In this document: in pieces, positions 19,817 through 29,382 of the stretch
Layout: every line of letters starts with the position of its first letter
Numbering within the stretch: the first letter of the stretch is position 1
Source of the DNA: Alphaproteobacteria bacterium
GTDB lineage: Bacteria > Pseudomonadota > Alphaproteobacteria > CALKHQ01
Reading direction: 5' to 3'
NCBI GenBank assembly: GCA_965227515.1
Contig: CBDDFZ010000002.1
Coordinates: 512,001 to 576,000 of the forward strand
Length of the DNA stretch: 64,000 bases
Position numbers and translations under genes: made by a program
The notes under the pieces: model-generated
The model's input: the letters and a program-made list of their open reading frames with translations, nothing else
Told to the model about the DNA's origin: nothing
Database searches by the model: none

Positions 19817-20127
19817 TGCAGGCTCCGGATGCGTGCGGGAAACGGGCGGCCCTGCTCTAGCGGTTAGCCTCGCGGCTGTCGACCCCAACGTTGCCACAGG
19901 CAGGGGGCCGGCCTGGGCTGGTCTGGGCCAAAGTGGGAAATGGCGGGAAAGTTCGGGATTGCCGGGGCCTGGCGGGGAAGTTCCGGGAGATTTCTGGGGC
20001 GGCATGGAATCGCATGGGCGGCTGGCGGCAATTTGACCGCTATTCCAACCCGGCAGGCCCGGATACGGTGCCTCTCGCTACAGTTCTGGCGCCAACTTTG
20101 CCCGATTTTCGGTGTTATGGACCCGGT

Positions 20128-20457
20128 ATGAGCTCCCAAACGACGACGCACTCCGCCAGGTTCCGGGTTGGCCAGGTGATTCAGCACCGCCTGTTCGAGT
20201 ATCGCGGCGTGGTGTTCGACGTCGATCCGGTGTTCCAGGGCAGCGACGAGTGGTACGAGCGGATGGCGCAGACGCGCCCGCCCAGGAACCAGCCCTGGTA
20301 CCACGTGCTGCCGGACGGCGAGACCCACACCACCTATGTGGCGGAGCGCAATCTGACCGAGTGCGAGACGCCGCACCCGATCAGCCACCCCGAGCTCGAC
20401 CGGCACTTCACCCGCTTCGCCCGTGGGGCCTATGTGCTGCGGCGCCGGGCGAACTAA
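20128..20457 (+). CDS. hspQ: Heat shock protein HspQ (YccV-like)
   Basis: ARFRVGQVIQHRLFEYRGVVFDVDP, QPWYHVL, TTYVAERNL. Confidence 0.92.
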   Translation: MSSQTTTHSARFRVGQVIQHRLFEYRGVVFDVDPVFQGSDEWYERMAQTRPPRNQPWYHVLPDGETHTTYVAERNLTECETPHPISHPELDRHFTRFARGAYVLRRRAN

Positions 20458-20482
20458 GCACCAATAGACCACACACTCAATC

Positions 20483-20593
20483 GTCATGCCCGCACTTGTT
20501 GCGGGCATCCACGTCTTTGTTCGAGAGCAAAAAGTCGTGGATACCCGTGTCTCGGCCCCCGCATAAAAAATCGGGGGCCGGCCCGGGCATGAC
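20483..20593. repeat. CGTC-type palindromic repeat (GTCATGCCCGCACTTGTTGCGGGCATCCAC ... GTGGAT...CATGAC)
   Basis: Identical left arm also at 29248 and 62804. Confidence 0.85.
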
Positions 20594-20692
20594 GTGGTGG
20601 TCGTGTGGGTCGCATGCAGCTTGCGAAGCCTCCTTGCTGACTTCCCCCGATTGACTTCCGGGACGGCGGGGACCAGACTCCCGTTCACAACA

Positions 20693-20779
20693 TGGCTGGG
20701 GTGTCCGTGGCCGATGGCGGCGACGGGCTGAGATCACACCCATCGAACCTGATCTGGATCATGCCAGCGCAGGGAGCCC
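20693..20779 (+). ncRNA. TPP (THI-box) riboswitch
   Basis: GGCTGGGGTG...GGGCTGAGATCACACCC ATCGAACCTGATCTGGATCATGCCAGCGCAGGGAGCC carries the conserved CTGAGA, ACCTGAT and GCGnAGGGA elements; P1 GGCT/AGCC. Confidence 0.92.
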
Positions 20780-20810
20780 GACCGGACCGCGACAGAACGC
20801 ACCTCCGGAC

Positions 20811-20864
20811 CCTCCCGAAAAGCCGGCATGCCACCACCGAACGGTTCGGCGCCTGTTTGGGAGG
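20811..20864 (+). promoter_or_regulatory. Riboswitch expression platform: anti-SD/SD sequestering hairpin
   Basis: CCTCCCGAA (20811-20819) can pair with TTTGGGAGG (20856-20864), the RBS of the ATG at 20871. Confidence 0.65.
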
Positions 20865-20870
20865 TTGAAC

Positions 20871-22022
20871 ATGCTTATCCGGACGACACGTATGTGCGGG
20901 ATCGCCGCGATGGCCGCATTCGCCCTTGCCACATCCGCCATTGGCGCCGGCCAGGCCGCGGCCGAGGACATCTCGCTGCCGATCCTGGTGCCGATCACCG
21001 GCTTCCTGGCGCTGGAGGGGACCAGCCAGCGCAATGGCGCGCTTTTGGCGCTGGAGAATCTGCCCGCGTCCCTGACCGTCGAGGCGGAGGTCACCGACAC
21101 CGGCACGTCGCCGGAGGGCGCGGTCACCGCGTTCGAGCGCGCGCTCAGCGGTGGCAGCCCGCTCGCCATGGTCGCGCCGATGCTGGGCACCCAGATGCTG
21201 GCCATCCTGCCGCTGGCCGCCGACTACGAGGTGCCGCTGATCACCATCTCCGGCACCGCCGCGATCACAGAGCAGGGCAACCCCTGGATCTTTCGCTTCT
21301 TTCCCGGCGACGCGGTGGTGAAGGTGGCGCACGCCCGCTATGCGGTGGAGGAGGTCGGCATGGCGGCGCCCGCGATCATCTACCAGACCACCGCCTATGG
21401 GCAGAGCGGCCACGCCCATCTGGTCGAGAACCTGACCGTGCTTGGCGCCGCCCCGGTGCTGGAAGAAGGCATCGCCACCGATGTGCGCGAGATGGCGCCC
21501 GTGCTGGCCCGCGCGCAGGAGGCCGGCGCCGACGGCCTGATCCTCCACCTGCACGCCGGGTCGACCGCGCTGGTCATCCGCCAGGCCCGCGCCATGGGTT
21601 GGGACGTGCCGATTGTCGCCGGCTCCGCCATGCACCAGCCGTCGACCGCCGCGCTGCTGGAGCCGGCCGAGCTTGCCGGCGTGTGCGCCGAGACCGGGTC
21701 GTCGCCGATCTCCGGCGGCTCGCCCGAGATCGAGGCTTGGGCCGCGCGCTACCAGGAGCGCTTCGACGGGCCGCCCGACGCCTTCGCGCTGGCCCAGTAT
21801 GATGCAGTGCGCATCGTGCTCCAGGCGGCGGCCGATGGCGTGACCTCGCCCGAGGCGTTGCGCGACTGGCTGGGCCATTTCAGCACGCCGGGGCTCGCCA
21901 TGACCTACAAGTCGGACGGCACCGGCAACATGGCCCATGACGCGGTGATCATCTGCTACGGCGGCGAGGACCGGGTGCCGGAGATCGTGAAGCGCTACGA
22001 GAACGTCGACGGCGTGCTGTAG
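20871..22022 (+). CDS. HAAT/Liv-family ABC transporter substrate-binding protein
   Basis: Signal peptide; PITGFLALEG, NPWIFRF, YGQSG and YDAV motifs of LivJ-type binding proteins. Confidence 0.9.
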   Translation: MLIRTTRMCGIAAMAAFALATSAIGAGQAAAEDISLPILVPITGFLALEGTSQRNGALLALENLPASLTVEAEVTDTGTSPEGAVTAFERALSGGSPLAMVAPMLGTQMLAILPLAADYEVPLITISGTAAITEQGNPWIFRFFPGDAVVKVAHARYAVEEVGMAAPAIIYQTTAYGQSGHAHLVENLTVLGAAPVLEEGIATDVREMAPVLARAQEAGADGLILHLHAGSTALVIRQARAMGWDVPIVAGSAMHQPSTAALLEPAELAGVCAETGSSPISGGSPEIEAWAARYQERFDGPPDAFALAQYDAVRIVLQAAADGVTSPEALRDWLGHFSTPGLAMTYKSDGTGNMAHDAVIICYGGEDRVPEIVKRYENVDGVL

Positions 22023-22041
22023 CGCGCGGCAAGCTGCCGCC

Positions 22042-22917
22042 ATGCTCACCGTCCAGCTCATCGCCAACTGCCTGGCGCTGGGGGCCGCCTACACGCTGGC
22101 CGCCCTCGGCTTCGTGCTGATCCTGAACGCGGTCAGCGCGGTTAACTTCGCCCATGGCGACCTGGTGGTCTCCGGCGGGCTGCTGGCGGCGGCGACCGCC
22201 AGCGCGGTGCCGCTGCCCGGCATCGCATTGCTGCCTGCGATCATGCTGGCGATGGCCTTCGTTGGCCTGGTGGTCGCCGTTGTCGCCTACTTGCCGCTGA
22301 GGCGGCAGCCGCCGGTCAGCGTGTTCGTCAGCACCATCGCGGTCGGCATCATCCTGCAGAACGGGCTGCTCGGCGCGTTCGGGCCGGAGCCGCAGAGCGT
22401 GCCGGCGATGCTGCCGGCCATGCTGCCGGCCACTGGCAGCGTGGCCGGTGTCTCGGTGCAGCAGGTCGCTGTCATTGCCGCCGCGGCGGTGCTGGTGGCC
22501 GGGCTGTGGGCGCTGCTGGAGCGCACCCAGATCGGCCGCCGGCTGCGCGCCAGTGCCCAGGACCCAGACATGGCCCGCGCGCTCGGCATCCCGGTCCGCC
22601 GCATGGTGCTGCTGAGCTTCGCCTTGGCGGCGGCGCTGGCGGGTGCCGCCGGTGTGCTGCTGGGCCACAATTTCTTCATGGAGCCGCACCAGGGCACCGA
22701 CTTCATGCTGAAGGCCTATATCGCCGTCACCATCGGCGGCTGGGGGCGGCTGAGCGGGGCGGTGCTCGGCGCCATGATCATCGCCGCGTTCGAGGTGCTG
22801 GTGGCGGCCTGGATCTCCTACACCGCCGGGCAGGTGGCACTCTATGCCGCGCTGCTGCTGGTGCTGATGGTGCGGCCGCACGGCCTGATGGGCGAAGTCG
22901 CCTACCGCCGGGCATGA
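22042..22917 (+). CDS. HAAT ABC transporter permease (LivH-like)
   Basis: ALGFVLI...VNFAHGD, TQIGRRLRASAQDPDMARALGI, IGGWG. Confidence 0.92.
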   Translation: MLTVQLIANCLALGAAYTLAALGFVLILNAVSAVNFAHGDLVVSGGLLAAATASAVPLPGIALLPAIMLAMAFVGLVVAVVAYLPLRRQPPVSVFVSTIAVGIILQNGLLGAFGPEPQSVPAMLPAMLPATGSVAGVSVQQVAVIAAAAVLVAGLWALLERTQIGRRLRASAQDPDMARALGIPVRRMVLLSFALAAALAGAAGVLLGHNFFMEPHQGTDFMLKAYIAVTIGGWGRLSGAVLGAMIIAAFEVLVAAWISYTAGQVALYAALLLVLMVRPHGLMGEVAYRRA

Positions 22918-24638
22918 GCGCGCGCGCCGGCACGGCCGTCGACATTGGCGCGGGCATCGTTGCCGCCCTGCTGATCGCCGCGGCGGCCCTGTTCGGCGAT
23001 CCCTACACCCAGCGCGTGCTGACCATCGCCGGCGTCTACGCCATCAACGTCATCGGCTACCAGCTTGTGTTCGGCCACCTGGGCGCGCTGTCGCTGGCAC
23101 AGGGCGCCTTCTTCGGCCTCGGCGCCTACACCACCAGCCTGCTGGCGCTGAACGCCGGCCTGCCGTTCCCGTTGACGCTCGCCGCATCCGTGGCGGTGCC
23201 GACGCTGCTGGCGGCGGTGATCGCGCTGCCGGTACTGCGCCTGGAGTCGCACTATTTCGCGCTCGCCACCCTCGGCATCGCGCAAGTGATCCTGGTCGTC
23301 GCAGTCAACTGGACGGCGGTGACGGGCGGCGCCAATGGGCTGCCCAACGTGCCCGGCATCGCGTTCGGCGAGGTGCCGCTGGGGCGTGGCTGGCCGACCA
23401 TGCTGGCGGTGTGGACGGGTGTCGTGGTGGTCGCGGTGGCCGCGCTGGCCTGGCTGCGGCCGCGCCGCCGGCTGGCGCTGGGGCTCGCGCGGCAACAGCC
23501 GATGGCCGCCGCCGCTGTCGGCATCGACATCGCGCGCCTGCGCTTCGCCGCCTTCCTGATGAGCGCGGCCTGCGGCGGGGTGGCGGGCGCGCTCTACGTC
23601 CATACCACGCGGGTGATCTCGCCCGACGCGCTCGGCTTCTCGGTGATGGTGACCACGCTCGCCATGACGGTGATCGGTGGCCGCCTGCGCATCGCCGGTG
23701 CCCTGATCGGCGCGCTGTTGTTGGCCCACGTGCCGGAGTGGCTGCGCTTCCTGGGCCAGTATTATCTGATCGCCTATGGCGTGGCTTTGCTTGCCTTCGT
23801 GGTGCTGGCGCCGGACGGGATCGCCGGCTGGCTCGCGCGCCTGGTGCCTGTCGGCAAGCCATCCCATGTCGGAGAGCCGCCCAGTGCCCCACACCCTGTG
23901 CCGGCGGCGGCGTCGCTGGCGGGCCCGGTGCTGGCGGCGGCGCAGGTCTGCAAGCACTATGGCGGCGTGTGGGCGGTCGATGGCGTCGATCTTGAGGTCG
24001 GCGCCGGCGAGGTCCACGGCATCATCGGCGCCAACGGATCGGGCAAGACGACGCTGCTGAACTGCCTCGGCGGCACGGTCCGCGCCGATGGCGGCACGAT
24101 CCAATTCTGCGGTGAGGACATCACCGCCTGGTCCGCCGACCGCCGCGCCCGCGACGGCATCGCGCGCGCATTCCAGACCTCGATGTTGCTGGAGGGCGAG
24201 ACCGTGCGCGACAACGTCGCGGCTGGGTGGCTGGGCGAGGGCGGCCTCGATGGCGCGCGCGCCGAGGCCGATGCGGTACTCGCCCGCTGCGGCTTGGCCG
24301 GTGCGGGGGACAGCGCGGCGGGTGAGCTGCCGATGGCCCTGCGCCGCCGGGTCGAGATCGCCCGCGCGCTGGTCGGCCGGCCCCGGCTGGTGCTGCTGGA
24401 CGAGCCCGCCGCCGGCCTGACCGAGGGCGAGCAGGAGATCCTGGCCGACATGATCGCCGGGGCCGCGACGAACGGTGTCGCCTGGATCGTCGTCGACCAC
24501 CATCTGCCGTTCCTCCGCCGGGTCGCCGGCCGGTTGCACTGTATGGCCGAGGGTCATGTGATCGCCAGTGGCGCACCCGATGCGGTGCTGGACGACCCGG
24601 CGGTGCGGCGCGGTTATTTCGGCGAGGCGTCCCCATGA
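22914..24638 (+). CDS. HAAT ABC transporter permease/ATPase fusion (LivM-LivG-like)
   Basis: ATGA overlap start; LSLAQGAFFGLGAY, YFALATL; then IIGANGSGKTT and LLDEPAAGL. Confidence 0.9.
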   Translation: MSARAGTAVDIGAGIVAALLIAAAALFGDPYTQRVLTIAGVYAINVIGYQLVFGHLGALSLAQGAFFGLGAYTTSLLALNAGLPFPLTLAASVAVPTLLAAVIALPVLRLESHYFALATLGIAQVILVVAVNWTAVTGGANGLPNVPGIAFGEVPLGRGWPTMLAVWTGVVVVAVAALAWLRPRRRLALGLARQQPMAAAAVGIDIARLRFAAFLMSAACGGVAGALYVHTTRVISPDALGFSVMVTTLAMTVIGGRLRIAGALIGALLLAHVPEWLRFLGQYYLIAYGVALLAFVVLAPDGIAGWLARLVPVGKPSHVGEPPSAPHPVPAAASLAGPVLAAAQVCKHYGGVWAVDGVDLEVGAGEVHGIIGANGSGKTTLLNCLGGTVRADGGTIQFCGEDITAWSADRRARDGIARAFQTSMLLEGETVRDNVAAGWLGEGGLDGARAEADAVLARCGLAGAGDSAAGELPMALRRRVEIARALVGRPRLVLLDEPAAGLTEGEQEILADMIAGAATNGVAWIVVDHHLPFLRRVAGRLHCMAEGHVIASGAPDAVLDDPAVRRGYFGEASP

Positions 24639-25273
24639 GCCCGATCGGCGCCGTGCTGGACATTCGCGGGCTGGAGGTGCGCCGTGGCGGCGCGCCGGTG
24701 CTGGACGGGTTCTCGCTCGATGTGGAGGGGGGAGCGCTGGTCGCGGTGGTTGGCCCGAACGGCGCCGGCAAGTCGACGCTGCTGCAGGCGGCCATGGGCC
24801 TGCTGCCCGTGTCCGGCGGGTTCGTTGCGCTGGCTGGCCGCGATATCACGAGACTGCCGCCCGAGGCACGGGCGCGGGCCGGCATCGGCTATGTGCCGGA
24901 GGGCAGGCGGGTCTTTCCCGGCATGACCGTGCGCGACAATTTCATGGTCGCGGCCGATTGCGCGGCGGCCGCGCGGGCGGAGCGCCTGGATCGGGTGCTG
25001 GCCCTGTTCGGCGGGCTGCGCGCCAAGCTGGAGGACCGGGCGTGGACGCTCTCCGGTGGCCAGCAGCAGATGGTCGCCATCGGTCGCGCGCTGATGACGG
25101 CACCGCGCCTGCTCCTGCTCGACGAGCCGACCCTGGGGCTTGCGCCCGCGCTGGCCGGCGAGGTGATGGCCCAACTGCGCCGCATCGCCGACGAGGGCAC
25201 CGCCGTGCTGGTCGCCGAGCAGAACGTCGCCGCCGTGAAGCCCTGGGCGGATCGGCTGGTTGAATTGAATTAG
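24635..25273 (+). CDS. HAAT ABC transporter ATPase (LivF-like), short C-terminus
   Basis: GPNGAGKST, YVPEGRRVF, LSGGQQQMVAIGRAL, DEPTLGLAP, EQN. Confidence 0.9.
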   Translation: MSPIGAVLDIRGLEVRRGGAPVLDGFSLDVEGGALVAVVGPNGAGKSTLLQAAMGLLPVSGGFVALAGRDITRLPPEARARAGIGYVPEGRRVFPGMTVRDNFMVAADCAAAARAERLDRVLALFGGLRAKLEDRAWTLSGGQQQMVAIGRALMTAPRLLLLDEPTLGLAPALAGEVMAQLRRIADEGTAVLVAEQNVAAVKPWADRLVELN

Positions 25274-25292
25274 TTTGTTTCTCGCTTACGCG

Positions 25293-25379
25293 AAGTCGGC
25301 ACCAGCCCGCACCCCCACCCGGCCGCCCAACGATAGTATCCTGCCTGGGAGGCCGGGAGGGGGTGTGGGCCGGCGCAGA
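25293..25379. repeat. Palindromic REP-like element, CCCTC/GAGGG family, copy 3
   Basis: CCCGCACCCCCACCCGGCCGCCCA...TAGTATCCTG...GGGAGGCCGGGAGGGGGTGTGGG. Confidence 0.8.
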
Positions 25380-25562
25380 TCGAACAAGAAGCGCTTTAGC
25401 TGCATGATTGCCAGCGCCCGCGCTGCCCTGATATCGGTGTCGCGGCGGTTCGCCGTGGCTGGCTTGCGAGTCGGCCGGCAAGCCGTCGCTGCCCGGACCC
25501 GGCGATGCCCTATCTGTTGACGTTCGTTCTGCTCTGTCTGCTTGGACTGCTGGTGACCTGCG

Positions 25563-26429
25563 TTGCGTAAGACCCTGCTCGTCCTCACCGCTGTCATGGC
25601 CGCGCTGGTCGCGGGCTGCGAAGTGGTGCCGCGCGTGATGGAGCCTGGCGCCGCACCGCCGGGCCTGGCCCTGCTGCCGCAGGATCGCGCCGGCATAGTG
25701 GTCGATCCGGTGGGCGGCGTCTCCGAGCCCTTTGCCACCGATATGGCGCGCGAGGTGGTCGAGGGCCTGATCGATGCCAACGTCCCCGCCAGCCTGGGGC
25801 GCGGCGCCGCGCAGAGCTATCGCCTGAAGGGCTCGGCCAGCATGGTCGACCGTGGCAACGGCATGATGCAGCTCTATGTCGACTGGGCGCTGCGCGACCC
25901 GGCCGGCGCACTGGTCGGGCAGTTCGAGGACAACACCCTGGCACCCAGGGAGAGCCCGGAGACCGCAGGCTATCTGGCCGACCTGGCGCGCGATGCCGCA
26001 CCGCGGCTGGCAGCCCTGATCCAGGACGAGGTGCCGGTGTCGATGGTTCCGGTGGCGGCGCCCGCTGGCGGTGTGACGGTGGCTGTCGGGCCGATCACCG
26101 GCGCGCCCGGCACCGGGTCCGACGATCTTATGCGGGCGGTGCGCGGCAACCTGCCCTTGTTCGGCATGCGCATCGTCGACGACGCGGCGGTCGCCAGCCA
26201 CCGGTTGACCGGCGAGATTGCGGTCGGCCCCGTAAGCAATGGCGCGCAAAGCGTGTCGCTAACCTGGCGGCTGTTGGATGCGGCCGGCGAGGAACTCGGC
26301 CGGCTCGATCAGGATAACCAGGTGGCGGCCGGCAGCCTGGACGGCAGCTGGGCCGGCGTCGCCTCGGTCATCGCCGAAGGCGTGGCCGGCGGCGTGGCGC
26401 AGATCCTGGCCCAGACCGGCGCGTTGTGA
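25563..26429 (+). CDS. Hypothetical lipoprotein with two similar alpha/beta domains
   Basis: Lipobox LVAGC; duplicated motifs VDWALRDPAGALVG / LTWRLLDAAGEELG. Confidence 0.8.
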   Translation: MRKTLLVLTAVMAALVAGCEVVPRVMEPGAAPPGLALLPQDRAGIVVDPVGGVSEPFATDMAREVVEGLIDANVPASLGRGAAQSYRLKGSASMVDRGNGMMQLYVDWALRDPAGALVGQFEDNTLAPRESPETAGYLADLARDAAPRLAALIQDEVPVSMVPVAAPAGGVTVAVGPITGAPGTGSDDLMRAVRGNLPLFGMRIVDDAAVASHRLTGEIAVGPVSNGAQSVSLTWRLLDAAGEELGRLDQDNQVAAGSLDGSWAGVASVIAEGVAGGVAQILAQTGAL

Positions 26430-26455
26430 TTGCGGAGGCGTTGTAGCGGCGAATT

Positions 26456-26565
26456 CGTAGCCCGGGTGGAACAACGTGGAACCCGGGTTGCGCTGCGCTC
26501 CACCCAGGCTACGGTCGCTGGTCAATTACCCTGGTTGTCACCCTCGCCACGAGGGCGAGGATGAC
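26456..26565. repeat. GTAG-type REP followed by a CGTC-type hairpin between convergent genes
   Basis: CGTAGCCCGGGTGGA...TCCACCCAGGCTACG, then GTCACCCTCGCCACGAGGGCGAGGATGAC. Confidence 0.6.
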
Positions 26566-26765
26566 AAGGGTGTGTGGGGCAAGCGCTCTCGGTACCGCGC
26601 GCGTCACCAAACGGCGGCGCGGGCGACCGCGGTGACGAGCAGGCTGCCGAAAACGATCAGCAACAGCGTAACAGGGCGACGCGACGCCCAGAGCACCGCC
26701 CGCAGCGTGATCCGCATCGCGGCGATGATCATCGAAAGGCCGGCGGCGTTGCGCCCGTCACGCCG

Positions 26766-28298
26766 CTACATCACCGCGCCGATCTGCCACGGAATGAACT
26801 CGTAGTCGCCGAAGCCCTGGGCCTCGCTCTTCGACGGTTCGCCGGAGGCGACGCGCACCACGAGGTCGAAGATGTGCTGGCCCAGTTCGGCCACCGACAC
26901 GCCTTCGTCCACCACCACGCCGCAGTTCACGTCCATGTCGTCGGACATGCGCTGGTACATGGCCGAGTTGGTGGCGAGCTTGATCGACGGCGCCGGCTTG
27001 AAGCCGAACACCGAGCCGCGCCCGGTGGTGAAGCACACCACATTGGCGCCAGAGGCGACCTGGCCGGTCACCGAGCACGGGTCGTAGCCGGGCGAGTCCA
27101 TGAACACGAAGCCCTTGGTGTCCACCGTCTCGGCATATTTGTAGACGCCGCACAGGTTGGTGGTGCCGCCCTTGGCCGCCGCGCCCAGCGACTTTTCCAG
27201 GATTGTGGTCAGCCCACCGGCCTTGTTGCCGGGCGACGGGTTGTTGTTCATCTCGCCGCCATTGCGGCCGACATAGTCCTCCCACCACTTGATGCGGGCG
27301 ACCAGCTTCTTGCCGACGTTCTCGTTGATCGCGCGCCGGGTCAGCAGGTGCTCGGCGCCATAGATCTCCGGCGTTTCGGAGAGGATCGCGGTGCCACCAT
27401 GGCGCACCAGCAGGTCGGCGGCCGCGCCCAGGCCGGGGTTGGCGGTGATGCCGGACAGCGCGTCCGACCCGCCGCATTGCAGCGCCAGGGTCAGCTCGCT
27501 CGCCGGGCAGGTCTCGCGGGTCGCGGCATTGGCCGCCGGCAGCATCGACTTGATGATCTCGACCCCGCGCTCCACCGTCTTGGCGGTGCCGCCGGTGTCC
27601 TGGATCGTCATGGTCTGGAACGTGTCGCCGATCTTCAGGTCATAGGCGTCGAGCAGGAACGGGATCTGGTTGACCTCGCAGCCCAGGCCGACCAGCAACA
27701 CGCCGGCGAAGTTCGGATGCCGGGCGTAGCCCCACATGGTGCGCTGCAGCGCCTCATAGCCGTCGCCATTGTCGGCCATGCCGCAGCCGGTGGAATGCGA
27801 CAGCGCGACCACGCCGTCGACGTTGGGGTAGTCGTCCAGGATGCCGGAGCGCTCGACGGCGCGGGCAATGTACTTGGCGGCGGTGGCCGAGCAATTCACG
27901 CTGGTCAGCACGCCGATGAAGTTGCGGGTGCCGCAGCGGCCGTTGGCGCGGCGAAAGCCCTGGAAGGTCGCCTGGGCGTCGCCCTCGAAATAGTCGGTCG
28001 GCCGCATATCCTCGCAGAACGCGTAGTCGCGGCTGAACTCCTGCATCACGCAGTTGTGGACATGCACATGGTCGCCGGGTGCGATGTCGCCCTGGGCGAA
28101 GCCTATGATCTGGTTGTACTTGCGCACCGGTTCGCCGTCGGCGATGGCGGCGGTGGCGATCTTGTGGCCGGCGGGGATGTGGACGGCGGCGCTGACGCCC
28201 TCGGCCGGGACCTCCGCGCCGGGCAGCAGGTCGGCACGGGCGACAACCACGTTGTCGGCCGGGTTGAGGCGGATGGATAGCGCAGGCGCGGTGCTCAT
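26766..28298 (-). CDS. uxaA: UxaA/GarD family sugar-acid dehydratase with N-terminal SAF domain
   Basis: IPAGHKIA, GTRNFIGVLTSVNCSAT, LGCEVNQ, QCGGSD, NNPSPGNKAGG, FTTGRGS. Confidence 0.92.
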   Translation of the reverse strand: MSTAPALSIRLNPADNVVVARADLLPGAEVPAEGVSAAVHIPAGHKIATAAIADGEPVRKYNQIIGFAQGDIAPGDHVHVHNCVMQEFSRDYAFCEDMRPTDYFEGDAQATFQGFRRANGRCGTRNFIGVLTSVNCSATAAKYIARAVERSGILDDYPNVDGVVALSHSTGCGMADNGDGYEALQRTMWGYARHPNFAGVLLVGLGCEVNQIPFLLDAYDLKIGDTFQTMTIQDTGGTAKTVERGVEIIKSMLPAANAATRETCPASELTLALQCGGSDALSGITANPGLGAAADLLVRHGGTAILSETPEIYGAEHLLTRRAINENVGKKLVARIKWWEDYVGRNGGEMNNNPSPGNKAGGLTTILEKSLGAAAKGGTTNLCGVYKYAETVDTKGFVFMDSPGYDPCSVTGQVASGANVVCFTTGRGSVFGFKPAPSIKLATNSAMYQRMSDDMDVNCGVVVDEGVSVAELGQHIFDLVVRVASGEPSKSEAQGFGDYEFIPWQIGAVM

Positions 28299-28453
28299 GT
28301 GATCTCTCGTGGCAATGGGCGGCGCGTTCTGTCGTCGTGGGCAGGCGCGCGGCCGGGCTTGGGTTCGTCTCGCACCTAGTGTACATCGGCGCCCAAGGCC
28401 AGCGCACGACAATTGCTGGTTTGGAGACAAGGCTTGAACATGAGGGGACGCGC

Positions 28454-29225
28454 ATGACGGGGCGTTTGGCCGGCAAGACGGCACTGATTACGGCGGCGGC
28501 ACAGGGCATCGGCAAGTCGTCGGTGGAGGCATTCCTGCGCGAGGGCGCGACGGTGGTCGCCACCGATGTCAACGACGACGGGCTGGCCGCGCTGCAAGGG
28601 CCGGATGGCGCGCCCGATGGAGCATTGACCACCCGTCACCTGGACGTTCTCGATCCTGATGCGGTGGCCGGGATTGCCGCCGATGTCGGCGCGGTCGACG
28701 TGTTGTTCAACTGCGCCGGTTTCGTCCACCACGGCACGATCCTGGACTGCGACGAGAAGGACTGGGACTTCTCGTTCGACCTCAACGTCAAGGCGATGTA
28801 CCGGATGAACCGCGCCTTCCTGCCGGCGATGCTCGCGGCGGGCGGCGGCACCATCATCAATATGTCGTCGGTCTCCGGCTCGATCAAAGGCATCGTTAAC
28901 CGCTTCGCCTATGGCGCCAGCAAGGCGGCGGTAATCGGCATGACCAAGGGCGATCGCCGCCGACTTCGTGGGCCAGGGCATCCGCGTGCACGCGATCTGC
29001 CCGGGCACTGTCGACACGCCGTCGCTGCGCCAGCGGGTGGCGGAGCTGGCCGAAGCGCAGAACGTCAGCTTCGACGAGGCGATGGCCGGCTTCGTCGGTC
29101 GCCAGCCGATGGGCCGGCTCGGCACCGCCGAGGAGATCGCTGCGCTGTGCGTCTACCTGGCCTCCGACGAGGCGAGCTACACCACCGGCCAGGCCCATCT
29201 GATCGACGGCGGCATCATGATCTGA
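28454..29225 (+). pseudogene. SDR oxidoreductase (BDH2 / 2-keto-3-deoxy-sugar-acid dehydrogenase type), frameshifted as sequenced
   Basis: TAAAQGIG, LFNCAG, YGASK; an extra G at 28948-28950 (AAGGGCGATC instead of AAG GCG ATC) shifts the frame, and the C-terminus (ICPGTVDTPSL...IDGG) is in ORF 28968-29225. Confidence 0.8.
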
Positions 29226-29247
29226 CCCGGTCGGGCCACTCTCCGCC

Positions 29248-29332
29248 GTCATGCCCGCACTTGTTGCGGGCATCCACGTTTTGCGATCCGCTGATGAAAG
29301 ACGTGGATGCGCGGATCAAGTCCGCGCATGAC
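29248..29332. repeat. CGTC-type palindromic repeat
   Basis: GTCATGCCCGCACTTGTTGCGGGCATCCACG...CGTGGATGCGCGGATCAAGTCCGCGCATGAC. Confidence 0.85.
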
Positions 29333-29382
29333 GACAGGGATTTGCCAGGGAGTCCACAGGCCATGGTAAGTGGCGGGAAGAT

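Noticed and set aside
19941-19990. Imperfect direct repeat TGGCGGGAAAGTTCGGGA / TGGCGGGGAAGTTCCGGGA between the hisD-like gene and hspQ
   Set aside because: Two degenerate copies and no recognisable regulator or RNA motif.
22914-24638. Permease-ATPase fusion as a novelty
   Set aside because: LivM-LivG fusions are common.
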